From Alphaproteobacteria bacterium (lineage in GTDB: Bacteria; Pseudomonadota; Alphaproteobacteria; JAAXGF01), in the NCBI GenBank assembly GCA_963555825.3, contig CAUVXB020000001.1, forward strand, positions 864,001 through 928,000: DNA of 64,000 nt, in the 5' to 3' direction. Below, piece by piece: positions 40,915 to 50,875 of the stretch. The stretch's first letter is position 1, and each line of letters begins with the position of its first letter. Under the pieces are notes generated by a model. The model did not search any database. It worked only from the letters and a program-made list of their open reading frames with translations, and was not told the origin of the DNA. The position numbers were made by a program, and so were the translations under genes.

Positions 40915-41673
40915 TCAATGCAGGAACGAAGCGCCGCCGAAGTCGATCGTCGCGCCCGACGCGTAGCTTGCCTTGCCGGATGCCAGGAAGGTGACGATAT
41001 TGGCGATGTCCTGCGGCTGGCCGAGTCGGCCGAGCGGGATTTCGCGCACCGCCTCTTCCATGCCGTAGTGCTCGACGAAGTCGCGCGACTGGTCGGTCTC
41101 GATGATGCCGGCGCAAATCAGGTAAGTGCGCACGCCGTCGTCGGCGCAGAACCGCGCGATGCCGCGCAACAGCGAGTTCATGCCGCCCTTGGCGGCGCCG
41201 TCGTGGAAGTATTCGGGCCGGTCGCCGCGCACCGCGATGCGCGCCGTGATGCCGATGATGATGCCGCCGCCGCGGGCGCGGTAATGCTGGATCGCGAAGC
41301 GCGACATATGCGCGGTCGCCAAGAGGTTGATGCGAAAGGCCTCGACCCAGTGAGCGTCCCATTCCTCGGTCGGTGCGTCGAGGGCGACCGCCTGGCGCTT
41401 GGCGGCGTTGTTGACCAGCACGTCGATGTGGCCCTTCCAGTCGGCCGCCTGACGCCACAGGCTTTCGAGCTGGCGCCAGTCGCTCATCTCGGCGCCGACG
41501 GGCAGGCAGTGGTCGCGGCCCAACTCGTCGGCGATCGCCTCGGCGCGCTCGCGGCTCCGCGTATAGTTGAGCACCACGTCGGCGCCCGCGGCGCAGAGGT
41601 CGCGCACGATGCCCTCGCCGATGCCGCGCGAGCCGCCGGTGACCAGCGCGACTTTGCCCGTCAAATCGGTCAT
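40915..41673 (-). CDS. SDR oxidoreductase
   Basis: TGGSRGIG, LVNNAA; HDGAAKGG in place of YxxxK. Confidence 0.88.
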   Translation of the reverse strand: MTDLTGKVALVTGGSRGIGEGIVRDLCAAGADVVLNYTRSRERAEAIADELGRDHCLPVGAEMSDWRQLESLWRQAADWKGHIDVLVNNAAKRQAVALDAPTEEWDAHWVEAFRINLLATAHMSRFAIQHYRARGGGIIIGITARIAVRGDRPEYFHDGAAKGGMNSLLRGIARFCADDGVRTYLICAGIIETDQSRDFVEHYGMEEAVREIPLGRLGQPQDIANIVTFLASGKASYASGATIDFGGASFLH

Positions 41674-41692
41674 TTCTGGCTCCCCTGCCCGT

Positions 41693-42115
41693 CTAGACTG
41701 CTTTCAGGATGTGTTCGGCGACGGCGACGGTCTCGCCGTGCTGGTTGGTCACCGTGATCGCCGCGGTGGCGCGGTCGCGCGCCGGATCGGTCGCCACAAT
41801 CTCATAGACCACCGTCACGGTGTCGCCGATGAAGACCGGCGCGACGTGGCGGATGCGGTCGAAGCCGAGCGAGGCCACGGCCCGCTCCATGCCCCGGGTC
41901 GCCAGCGAAGAGGCGGTCGACATGTAGCCGATGATCAGCGCGCCGTGGGCGATGCGCCGGCCGTAGGGCGTCGCCTTGCAGAACTCCTCGTCGATGTGCA
42001 GCGGATCGAAATCGCCGGTCACGCCGGCGAACAGATAGATGTCGGATTCGGAAACCGTCTTGCGGAACTCGACGCGTTTGCCGATGTCGATCCCGTCCAG
42101 CGCGTCGTCCGTCAT
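41693..42115 (-). CDS. MaoC-like dehydratase
   Basis: FAGVTGDFDPLHID, RIAHG, APVFIGDTV. Confidence 0.9.
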   Translation of the reverse strand: MTDDALDGIDIGKRVEFRKTVSESDIYLFAGVTGDFDPLHIDEEFCKATPYGRRIAHGALIIGYMSTASSLATRGMERAVASLGFDRIRHVAPVFIGDTVTVVYEIVATDPARDRATAAITVTNQHGETVAVAEHILKAV

Positions 42116-42214
42116 GACCCGTTCCCCCGCAGCGTTTGGTGGCCGCCCCGAAAGCTACCACAATCGCGGCGCTTGGCGCTTGTCGCGGGTAACCCGCCAT
42201 GACAGACTTCCGCG

Positions 42215-43336
42215 CTAGTGTCCCGATTCCGAAGTTCGCATGATTTTCGCCTGCTGTTCAGCGATTTCGATTGTTCGGAGGCAGAAGCGCTGGATGGCGC
42301 CGAGGATGTCATCGGCGGATTTGGTCCATTTGAAGGGTTTGGGGTTCTGGTTTGTCGTGTCGATGTAGTCGAGGATGGTGCGCTCCAACTCCTTGGTGGA
42401 GCGATGGACGCCGCGCCTGATCTGCTTGTCGGTCAGCAGCCCGAACCAGCGCTCGACCTGGTTCAGCCAGGAGGCGCTGGTGGGTGTGAAATGGGCCTGC
42501 CAGCGCGGCCGTTTGGCGAACCAGTCGCGGATCGCCTTGGTCTTGTGGGTCCCGTAGTTGTCCATGACGATGTGGATGTCGAGATCAGCAGGGACGTTCG
42601 CCTCGACGAGGTCGAGGAATTTGCGGAACTCTCGGGCCCGATGGCGCGGGAAACATTTGCCGATGATCTCTCCCGTGGCGATGTCGAGGGCCGCGAAGAG
42701 AGAGGTCGTGCCGTGGCGCTTGTAGTCGTGGCTGCGCCGCTCCGCCTGCCCGGGGCGCATCGGCAAGAGGGGCTGGGAACGGTCCAGGGCCTGGATCTGG
42801 CTCTTTTCGTCGACACAGAGAACCAGGGCACGATCCGGCGGCGCCAAATACAGACCGACGATGTCGCGGACCTTCTCCACGAAGAAGGGATCGCTCGACA
42901 GCTTGAAGGTCTCCGAGCGATGCGGCTGCAAGCCGAAGGCCCGCCAGATGCGATGAATGGTCGAGGGCGCGTGGCCGCTCGCCCGCGCCATCGAGCGAAG
43001 GCTCCAATGGGTCGCGTCCGGCGGCGTCTCTTCCAGCGTCAGCCGGACCGCTTCCGCGATGGCGTCATCGCCGATTTGACGCGGCGCGCCGGGGCGGGGT
43101 TCGTCGTACAGACCGTCGAGGCCCTCCGCCGCATAGCGGCGACGCCACTTGCCCACGGTGTCCGCGCTCGCCTCGAGACGAACGGCGATCTCCTTGTTCT
43201 CCAACCCTTCCGCCGCCGCCAAGACGATCCGAGCCCGCCGCGCAAGCCCCTGCGACGTCTTGCGACGACGAGACAGCGCCTCCAATTCGGCGCGCTCGTC
43301 ATCGCTCAAAGAGATCGTCACCGCCACTCTCGCCAT
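42215..43336 (-). CDS. IS630 transposase
   Basis: Identical translation to 8261..9382. Confidence 0.95.
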   Translation of the reverse strand: MARVAVTISLSDDERAELEALSRRRKTSQGLARRARIVLAAAEGLENKEIAVRLEASADTVGKWRRRYAAEGLDGLYDEPRPGAPRQIGDDAIAEAVRLTLEETPPDATHWSLRSMARASGHAPSTIHRIWRAFGLQPHRSETFKLSSDPFFVEKVRDIVGLYLAPPDRALVLCVDEKSQIQALDRSQPLLPMRPGQAERRSHDYKRHGTTSLFAALDIATGEIIGKCFPRHRAREFRKFLDLVEANVPADLDIHIVMDNYGTHKTKAIRDWFAKRPRWQAHFTPTSASWLNQVERWFGLLTDKQIRRGVHRSTKELERTILDYIDTTNQNPKPFKWTKSADDILGAIQRFCLRTIEIAEQQAKIMRTSESGH

Positions 43337-43396
43337 CAATCGCGCCTCCTAAAAACAAATAGAGACATAATCATATCAATTTATCGATCAGGACAC
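42218..43396 (-). mobile_element. IS630 family element copy 2 (1179 bp, TA duplication)
   Basis: Same ends and transposase as copy 1; in CTAG. Confidence 0.93.
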
Positions 43397-43552
43397 TAGA
43401 GCATAATCCGATCGATGGGAATCGGTCGGATTATGCCAGCCCGCGACTGCGGGCCGCCGACCGTTCGGCCACCCTTGATTCCACAAGATTGGCATGCGCG
43501 GCGATTGAGCGCAGGTTATCTTTGCGCAGCAATGATGACCGGACAATGTTCT
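43396..43552 (+). repeat. Structured intergenic repeat, copy C (one module, inverted)
   Basis: CTAGAGCATAATCCGATCG..., shared cores. Confidence 0.85.
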
Positions 43553-43575
43553 GGCGCGCCCTTCGGAGGAGAATC

Positions 43576-44370
43576 ATGGCCGAATACGAGGACATCATCT
43601 ACGGCGTGAAGGACCACGTCGCGACGATCACCATCAACCGCCCGAAACGGCTCAACGCCTTCACCCAGAAGACGATCTACGAGTGGGAGGACGCGCTGCG
43701 CAAGGCCGAGGCCGACGCGAATGTCGGCGTCATCGTCTTCACCGGCGTCGGCGAGCGCGCCTTCTCGTCGGGCGGCGACGTCAACTGGGAGGCCGAGGGC
43801 GGCACGCAGGAAGAGGACTACCATACCGCCGAGATGATCATCGACTGCCCCAAGCCGGTGGTCGCCCGGGTCAACGGCTGGTGCATCGGCGGCGGCAACC
43901 ACCTGGCCTATTTCTGCGACATCACGATCGCCGCCGAGCACGCCAAATTCGGCCAGAACGGCCCGCGCGTCGGCTCGCCCGCCGGCGGCTACATGGTGGC
44001 GCAGCTGGCCAACATCGTCGGCCACAAGCGGGCGCGCGAAATGTGGCTGTTGTGCCGGCACTACACCGCCCATGAGATGCTCGAATGGGGCCTGGTCAAC
44101 GCCGTCGTGCCGATGGCCGAGCTCGACGACGAGGTCGACAAGTGGTGCCGCGAGATGCTCGCGTTGAGCCCGACCTGCCTGGCCTCGGTCAAGGCCTCGT
44201 TCCGCCATATCATGAAGGGCACCATGGACCGCGACATGTTCGAGAACCTCGCCGCGGTGAAGCCCGATTATTTCGAGACCGGCGAGCAGGCCGAGGGCGC
44301 CTCGGCCTTCCTCGAGAAGCGCACGCCCGACTTCAGCCCGTGGCGCTGGGGCGCCGAGGGCGGCGATTGA
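43576..44370 (+). CDS. MenB/BadI-like crotonase (ring-opening beta-ketoacyl-CoA hydrolase candidate)
   Basis: INRPKRLNAF, FSSGGD, GGGNHL, FGQNGPRVGS, VGHKRAREMWLLCR; GGAGGAG RBS. Confidence 0.82.
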   Translation: MAEYEDIIYGVKDHVATITINRPKRLNAFTQKTIYEWEDALRKAEADANVGVIVFTGVGERAFSSGGDVNWEAEGGTQEEDYHTAEMIIDCPKPVVARVNGWCIGGGNHLAYFCDITIAAEHAKFGQNGPRVGSPAGGYMVAQLANIVGHKRAREMWLLCRHYTAHEMLEWGLVNAVVPMAELDDEVDKWCREMLALSPTCLASVKASFRHIMKGTMDRDMFENLAAVKPDYFETGEQAEGASAFLEKRTPDFSPWRWGAEGGD

Positions 44371-44451
44371 GGGCAGTGATTGACAGCGACGCCATGACCT
44401 TCGACGCCGGCCTGCCTTCGGCCACCTCGACCCGGCCGGCCCATGATGTTT

Positions 44452-44575
44452 GACAACACGCAACCGGCCGATCGGACTCGGTCGGAATCCGCCAGCCCGC
44501 GACCGCGGGCCGCCGACCGTTCGGCGGAAGCATGCGCGGCGATTGAGCGCAGGTCACCTCGCAGAGGTGACCGGA
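44452..44575 (+). repeat. Structured intergenic repeat, copy D (no module)
   Basis: GCCCGCGACCGCGGGCCGCCGACCGTTCGGC...GCGCGGCGATTGAGCGCAGGTCACC. Confidence 0.82.
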
Positions 44576-44590
44576 ACAAAAAGAGAGAGA

Positions 44591-45337
44591 ATGACGATGG
44601 CTGAACAGAAACTGGCGCTGATCACCGGCGCGGGCGGCGGCATGGGACAGGCGACGGTCGAGCGGCTGTCGCGCGACGGCCTTCGCGTCGCCGGCACCGA
44701 CATCAACGCGGACGGCCTCGACACGGCGATCGCCACGGCGGTAACCGAGGCCAAGGGGTTCGTCTGCGATTTGACCGACGAGGCCGCCGCGCATGCCATG
44801 GTGGCCGCGGTCGTCGACGAGATGGGGCCGGTCGACGTGCTGGTCAACCTGATCGGCTGGTCGGGCACGACCCGCTTCCACGAGGAGAATTCGGCGTATT
44901 GGCGCAAGATCATGTCGATCAACTTCGAAGCCATCCTCTACGTCACCCATCCGGTGCTCAACGGCATGATCGCGGGCAACGGCGGCAAGATCGTCAACGT
45001 CTCGTCGGATGCCGGGCGCGTCGGCACCTCGACCGAGGCGGTCTATTCGGCGATGAAGGGCGGGCTGGTCTCGTTCTCCAAGAGCCTGGCGCGCGAGAAC
45101 GCGCGCTACAACGTCAACGTCAACGCGGTCTGTCCGGGACCGACCGACACGCCGCTGTTGCAGGAAGAGATCGAGGCCAACCCCGACATCATCACCCGCA
45201 TGACGCGCCTCATTCCGTTCCGCCGCTTGGGCCAGCCGGCGGACATGGCGGCCGCGATCAGCTTCCTGGCCGGCCCCGATTCCGACTACATCACCGGCCA
45301 GGCACTCAGCGTCAGCGGCGGTTTGACGATGGTCTAG
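44591..45337 (+). CDS. SDR, BadH-like hydroxyacyl-CoA dehydrogenase
   Basis: SSDAGRVG, EAVYSAMKGG, VCPGPTDTPL, YITGQALSVSGGLTM. Confidence 0.82.
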   Translation: MTMAEQKLALITGAGGGMGQATVERLSRDGLRVAGTDINADGLDTAIATAVTEAKGFVCDLTDEAAAHAMVAAVVDEMGPVDVLVNLIGWSGTTRFHEENSAYWRKIMSINFEAILYVTHPVLNGMIAGNGGKIVNVSSDAGRVGTSTEAVYSAMKGGLVSFSKSLARENARYNVNVNAVCPGPTDTPLLQEEIEANPDIITRMTRLIPFRRLGQPADMAAAISFLAGPDSDYITGQALSVSGGLTMV

Positions 45338-45352
45338 GAGGCACGCGGCGCG

Positions 45353-46698
45353 GTGGAACTGCGATACGTCGACGAACGCTACGAACGCGCCGAGAGGAGC
45401 GCGATTCGCGCGCTGCAGTTCGAGAAGCTGACGGCGCTGCTGGAGAAGGCCTGGGCGACGAACGCGTTCTATCGCGACCACTGGGCGCAGGCGGGTGTCG
45501 ACCTCGCGCGGATCACCTCGCTCGAGGCGTTCGCCGGCGAGGTGCCGGTGATCCGCAAGCGCGACCTGATCGCCGACCAGGACGCCGAGCCGCCGTTCGG
45601 CCGGCGTATGGCCTATGCGCGCGCCGCGGGCGGACCGCTGATGGTGTTCACGACCAGCGGCACCACGGGCCAGGGCATCGAGGTCCACGCTCAGACCATG
45701 GCCGAATGCGCGCGCACCCGCCAGGTCTCGGACCATCTGCTGCGCTGGGGCGGGCTCGATCCTGGGGATAGCATCTTCCTGTGCTTCCCGATCACCATGC
45801 TGGGCGGCGGGCGCATCGAATTGGTCGGCTAGAGCATTACGGCCTGACGGTCTATCCGGTCGGCAACTACGACGTCGAGCGCAAGCTCGAGCTGATGCGG
45901 CGCTTCAAGCCCCACGCCATCCAGGCGACGACGTCCTATCTCGCCCATCTCGCCGCGGTAAGCGAGGCGATGCCCCCCTCACCGGGCCTCAAGGCCCTGT
46001 TCGGCGGCGGCGAGGGCGGCGGCTTCGCCTATCTCGAGCGCCTGCAGGAGCAGTGGGGCGTGCCGCTCTTCAACCAGTTCGGCGCGACCCAGACGCGGGT
46101 CGACCACATGTTTCCCTGCGAGCGCGGCATCGGCACGCGCGACCACCCGGGCATGCTGCACAACATCGACCCCTGCTTCCTGGTCGAGGTGATCGATCCC
46201 GAGACCGGGCGACAGGTTAAGGACGGTGAGGCCGGCGAGATTGTCGTCACCAGCCTGATCCACGACGACATTCCGCTGATCCGCTGTGCCATGAGCGACC
46301 GCGCGGTCTACCGCGATCCCGGCTATTGCCCCTGCGGACGGCCGTTCTGCGGCGTCGAGGTCGGCACCATCAGCCGCATGGACGACATGAAGAAAATCAA
46401 GGGCGTCAACGTCTGGCCGCAGGCGGTCGACGATGCGTTGTTCGCGCATCCGGAAGTCGACGAATACGAGATATGGCTCTCGGACGACGCCGGCGAGGCC
46501 GACGTCGCGACCGCCCGGGTCATGCCCAAGGCCGACATCCCGGCCGACCGGCAAGCGGCGTTCATCGAGCGCATCGCTGACGGCCTGCGCGCGCGCATCG
46601 GCATACGCTTCGCCGTCGAGATCGTGCCGCCGGGGACCCTACGGCACAGCGAGTACAAGGCGCGCCGCTGGCACGACCAACGCGACCGCGTGCGCTAG
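45353..46698 (+). pseudogene. PaaK-like acyl-CoA ligase paralog 2, frameshift at ~45828 (may be sequencing error)
   Basis: Colinear with 24217..25566; TSGTTG; one extra G in GTCGG restores V-G-L-E-H-Y. Confidence 0.85.
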
Positions 46699-46730
46699 CT
46701 ACGATCGACACCCTACTAGACGCGACACTC

Positions 46731-46915
46731 TACAAAATGGTATCAGATACCATTATTCGGAGGTTTTATAACGCTAAATCAATAACATAAAAGGCGTCTG
46801 ACACCATTGTGTACATTGTTCCGAGTTAAAATGCTGTGCTAGAACGGTGTCAGACACCATTTCTTGATAATATTATTGTTCTGTATCAATAAACTAAATG
46901 GTGTCTGACACCGTT
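46731..46915. repeat. Two REPIN-like doublets of GGTGTCWGACACC palindromes
   Basis: Perfect 20-bp IR 46843-46862 / 46896-46915; degenerate doublet 46731-46813; AT-rich spacers. Confidence 0.8.
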
Positions 46916-46949
46916 GTAAACACCAATCCGGCGGCCCCGGGCGCCGCTT

Positions 46950-47714
46950 TCAGTCGCGGTAGGAGGGGTCCTCGCGGTCGAGCCGGCGGATCAGCGCCTG
47001 CCAGGCCAGCCGCTTGCCCGGCGCCTCGTCGCCGTCCGGGTCCCAGTTCAACGCGCCGACGAATTCGCGGATTTCCTCGGACGGCTCGATCAGCGGCGTG
47101 CCGGTCGCCATGGCGTCGAGCTGCGTCTTGCACGCGATATCGAGGTTGTACATGGCCAGGAACGCCTGGCCGATGGTCGCGCCGGCCGTCAGCAGGCCGT
47201 GGTTGCGCATGATCATGGCGTTGTGCGCGCCGAGGTTGGCGGCCAGCCTGGGGCATTCGTCGCGGCCCTCGGCGAAGCCCTCGTAATCGTGATAGGCGAT
47301 CCGGTTGTGGAACTCCATGGCGTGCTGGCTGACCGTCTTGAGGCCACATGCGAGCATCGAGATGGCGACGCCGGCGCGGGTGTGGCAGTGGATCACGCAG
47401 TTGACGTCGGGCCGCGCCGCGAGCACCGCGCCATGGATGATATGGCCCGCCCAGTTGACGTCCCACGGGCTGTCGCCGACGACGTTGCCGTGCGCGTCGA
47501 CCTCGATCAGGTTCGACGCCGTGATCTCGTCGAACAGCAGGCCGTAGGGGTTGATGAGGAAGTGGCCGTCGGTGCCCGGCAGCCGGGCCGAGACATGGGT
47601 GAAGATCAGGTCGGTCATGCCGTAGCGGTGCAGCAAGCGGTAGCACGCCGCGAGCTCCTGCCTGATCTCGCGCTCGTCGGTATCTTGCGGCACGATGCGG
47701 GCGGTGACTGTCAT
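46950..47714 (-). CDS. Class II aldolase/adducin family protein
   Basis: DLIFTHVSAR, INPYGLLFDEITASNL, IHCHT, MRNHGLL. Confidence 0.9.
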   Translation of the reverse strand: MTVTARIVPQDTDEREIRQELAACYRLLHRYGMTDLIFTHVSARLPGTDGHFLINPYGLLFDEITASNLIEVDAHGNVVGDSPWDVNWAGHIIHGAVLAARPDVNCVIHCHTRAGVAISMLACGLKTVSQHAMEFHNRIAYHDYEGFAEGRDECPRLAANLGAHNAMIMRNHGLLTAGATIGQAFLAMYNLDIACKTQLDAMATGTPLIEPSEEIREFVGALNWDPDGDEAPGKRLAWQALIRRLDREDPSYRD

Positions 47715-47743
47715 CTCACGTCTCCTTGGTCGTTCGATCGCGC

Positions 47744-48886
47744 TCAGCCGAGGCCGTAGAGCCGCGCCGAATTGTCCCACAGGATCTTGCGCTTGCTCGC
47801 CTCCGAGAAGGGCAGCTCGAGAAAGGTCTCGACGGCGTGGGGATAGCGGCTGTCCTCGTGCGGGAAATCGGTCGAGAACACGATGTTGTCGTCGCCGATC
47901 TGCTCGACCACCCAGCCGCCCATGTGCTCGTCGGCCTCGACCGCGACGTAGCAGTGGTCCTTGAAATATTCGCTGGGCTTGCGGGGCAGCTTGTGCTTCA
48001 CGCGCTTCTCGCGGTGCTCGTAGTGTTCGTCGAGGCGCCACAGCCAATAGGGCACCCAGCTGCAGTTGGCCTCGAGGAAGGCGACGCGGAGGGTGGGGAA
48101 GCGTTCGAGCACGCCGCCCATGATCATGCACACGCTGGCGTACATCATCTCTACCGGGTGGCACATCGCGTGCTCGGTCAGCCACAGGTCCTCGTGGCGG
48201 CCGTCGAAGCGGTCGCCGCCGGCGACCGGCAGCTCGCAAGGCCAGCCCTCGTGGAACGCGACCACCAGGTCGTGCTTGACGCATTCGGCCCACAGCGGAT
48301 CGTAGGCCGGGTTGTGCCAGTTGCGGCCGCGCACCGGGTTGGGCCGCAAGTAGACCGCCTTGAAGCCGAGGTCCTCCTTCATGCGCCGGACCTCGTTGAT
48401 GGCGTATTCGATGTTCTGCGGCGCGACGATGCCGACGCCGATCATGCGCTCGGGATCGATCGACCGGAAGTCGGCCAGCCAGTCGTTGTAGGCGCGCGCG
48501 ATCGCGGCGGCCAGACGGTCGTCGTCGTACTCCTTGCCGATCGCGTAGAAACCACGCGTCGGAAACAGCACCGCGATATCGATGCCTTCGTCATCCATCG
48601 CCTCGATCTGGACGTCGGGCCCGAAGCCGCGTGCGTAGAACTCGGCGATGCGCTCGACCCGCTCGTTCTGTTCGGTCAGGTCCTCGGCCAACTCCGCCAT
48701 CATCGGGATGCTCCCACCGCGCGAGATCACCCTGCCCTCGTGCATCAGGTACATGTCTGAGACGAAGGCATCGCTGCCGATCGGCGCCTGATCGCGGAAC
48801 GCGGGATCGATATAGCGCGTCCACAGATCGCTCGGCTCGAAGACGTGAAGATCGGGATCGATGAACTTGTAGCCGTGGTTCGCCAT
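47744..48886 (-). CDS. Amidohydrolase family 2 protein
   Basis: IDPDLHVFEP, AYNDWL, GVLERFPTLRVAFLE, FSTDFPH. Confidence 0.88.
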   Translation of the reverse strand: MANHGYKFIDPDLHVFEPSDLWTRYIDPAFRDQAPIGSDAFVSDMYLMHEGRVISRGGSIPMMAELAEDLTEQNERVERIAEFYARGFGPDVQIEAMDDEGIDIAVLFPTRGFYAIGKEYDDDRLAAAIARAYNDWLADFRSIDPERMIGVGIVAPQNIEYAINEVRRMKEDLGFKAVYLRPNPVRGRNWHNPAYDPLWAECVKHDLVVAFHEGWPCELPVAGGDRFDGRHEDLWLTEHAMCHPVEMMYASVCMIMGGVLERFPTLRVAFLEANCSWVPYWLWRLDEHYEHREKRVKHKLPRKPSEYFKDHCYVAVEADEHMGGWVVEQIGDDNIVFSTDFPHEDSRYPHAVETFLELPFSEASKRKILWDNSARLYGLG

Positions 48887-48914
48887 CTCCTGCTTCCCCC
48901 GGTGACCGCGGCGG

Positions 48915-49289
48915 TCAGCCGCGCGGCATGGCATGGTAGGTCTTGGCGATGATGCGCCAACGGCCATCGACCTTCATCAGCGAAAGGAAGTCGACGAAGT
49001 CGATGCCCGGTATGCTCAACTCGACCTTGGCCATCGCCTCGTTCGGGCCCGAGAAATCGACCGAAACGATGCGGTCGGTGCGCGTCGCGTTCTGGCTCGC
49101 CGCCGATGCGCGGCCGGTGACGCGGTCGACGAAGTGGTCGAGGTCCGAATCGCCGATCGCGCCCTCGACCACCGAATATACGTGGGCGTTGGGATGAAAG
49201 GCGCGACGCATCTTTTCCTCGCTCGATTCGTAGATGCCGTCGAAATAATCCTGCAGCGTTTCGGTGATTTCATCGAATGGCTGGTTCAT
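48915..49289 (-). CDS. NTF2-like / lumazine-binding-like protein
   Basis: YFDGIY..RAFHPNA, FVDFLSLMKVDGRWRIIAK. Confidence 0.82.
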   Translation of the reverse strand: MNQPFDEITETLQDYFDGIYESSEEKMRRAFHPNAHVYSVVEGAIGDSDLDHFVDRVTGRASAASQNATRTDRIVSVDFSGPNEAMAKVELSIPGIDFVDFLSLMKVDGRWRIIAKTYHAMPRG

Positions 49290-49496
49290 CGTTCCCTCCC
49301 GGTCTCGAAGTCGGCTCAGCCTAGGTGAAATAGCCGCGTCCGGCAAACCGACTTCACCACGGCGCGCCAATACCAAGGAGTCTGTCCGAGGAATCTGGCC
49401 GTGACGGATGTACTGGAATTGGCGCGCGCCCTGCGCTATCAAAGGCACCTGTACCGGCTGCCCATGGTTCGGCGGCCACGTTGTAGAGCCGGGGTT

Positions 49497-49664
49497 ATGG
49501 TAACTGGTAAACACATCGCAGGCGCCACATATGGCGTCATGGCGTTTGTCACGATGTTTCACTCGTTCGACAATGCCTATGGCAACGCCTTCGCCAAAGG
49601 CGTCGAAGCAACCTTTTTCGCGCTGATCTGGCCGTTCTACTGGGCGAAGGTCTATTTCTTCTAG
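49497..49664 (+). CDS. Small putative membrane protein (55 aa)
   Basis: Two hydrophobic segments, ALIWPFYW; GC-rich third positions. Confidence 0.5.
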   Translation: MVTGKHIAGATYGVMAFVTMFHSFDNAYGNAFAKGVEATFFALIWPFYWAKVYFF

Positions 49665-49676
49665 GCGCGTGGCTGA

Positions 49677-49946
49677 CTAGTGGATAGAACCCAACATAGG
49701 GCGCCCATACGACGGCGTCCCAAGGTCGTCCGGAAAGGCGCCCGATGTGCGGTGATGCTGGAGCATCACAAGCATCGGGCAACGCGTCCGGCGGCCTTGG
49801 GACGCCGCCCTTCGGGTGCCATATCCCGGCTTCTCGGGGCGTCGAACACCCTTGCCGATGCAGAAGCATCGCCTGCGGGCACTCTCCTGCCGAGAAACCG
49901 GGATATGGGATCGTATGGGTACCCTATGTTGGATTCTGTCCACTAG
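49677..49946. mobile_element. MITE-like element (270 bp) with 36-bp terminal IRs
   Basis: CTAGTGGATAGAACCCAACATAGGGCGCCCATACGA vs rc end CTAGTGGACAGAATCCAACATAGGGTACCCATACGA (32/36). Confidence 0.8.
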
Positions 49947-50241
49947 CACCGATCGAACGCGCCTCCGAGGTCGCGGGCGCGGGTGATCATGGCGGCGCGG
50001 GTCGCGCGTCGTCGCTCGTCGTATCGTAGAACATCTCGAGCCGGGCATCGGCGATACCGCAGTAGTCGAGCACGCCGACGCAGAGCCGCGTCACGATCGC
50101 GCCGGTCGGCGAGGCGCAGCGTGGATGGCAGAAGACGACGAGAAATTTCATTGGGCACAATCTCAAAAGGTCACGTGACGGCGTCGACCTTGCCGTGCCG
50201 GCGCTCGAAATTCAAACGCCGAATTGACGCCGGTCGCCCGC

Positions 50242-50703
50242 TCAGCGGCCGTGCCGGGCTGCCTGGACGGCGGCATCGAGCGCGCCGAGGAAACGCGAGC
50301 GGTCCTTTTTGCCGAACGACGGGTTGCCGCCAACGACATCGCCGGTCTCGCGCAACTGCGCCATCAGTTCACGCGTCGCGAGCGCCGCGCCGATGCCATC
50401 ATCGGTGAACGGCCGGCCGGTCGGACCGATGGCGCGCGCGCCGGCGGCCAGGCAGCGCGCGGCGAGCGGAATGTCGGCGGTTATCGCGATGTCGCCCGGG
50501 CCGATGTGCGCGGCGATCCAGTCGTCGGCGGCGTCGGCGCCCTCGGCCACCACGACGCGGCGCACCAGCGGGTCGTCGGCCATGCGCAGCCATTCGTTGC
50601 TGACCATGTGAACAGTCAGGTTATAGCGCCGCGCGACGCGCACCACCTCGTCCTTTACCGGGCAGGCATCGCCGTCGACGTAGATCTCCGGGTCGCGCGT
50701 CAT
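50242..50703 (-). CDS. YaiI/YqxD (UPF0178) family protein
   Basis: IYVDGDACPVKDEV, DAADDWI, ITADIPLA. Confidence 0.92.
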   Translation of the reverse strand: MTRDPEIYVDGDACPVKDEVVRVARRYNLTVHMVSNEWLRMADDPLVRRVVVAEGADAADDWIAAHIGPGDIAITADIPLAARCLAAGARAIGPTGRPFTDDGIGAALATRELMAQLRETGDVVGGNPSFGKKDRSRFLGALDAAVQAARHGR

Positions 50704-50875
50704 GCGCCCCTTTTCGCACGCCGCGGCACGAACGATCCAGCGTCAAAGTCGGGTGACGGTGAGCCATTCGCGGGACGCATGGCGCCATCGCGCGCGACCA
50801 CTGGACATTGGCGGCGGTTTGCGAAACTATCCGGCCCACTCGACCATCGACCGCCATCATGGAGAGCCTAGCGAT

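Noticed and set aside
49943-50158. 71-aa Arg-rich ORF on - strand
   Set aside because: No recognisable motif; stop supplied by the MITE end; typical of random GC-rich frames.
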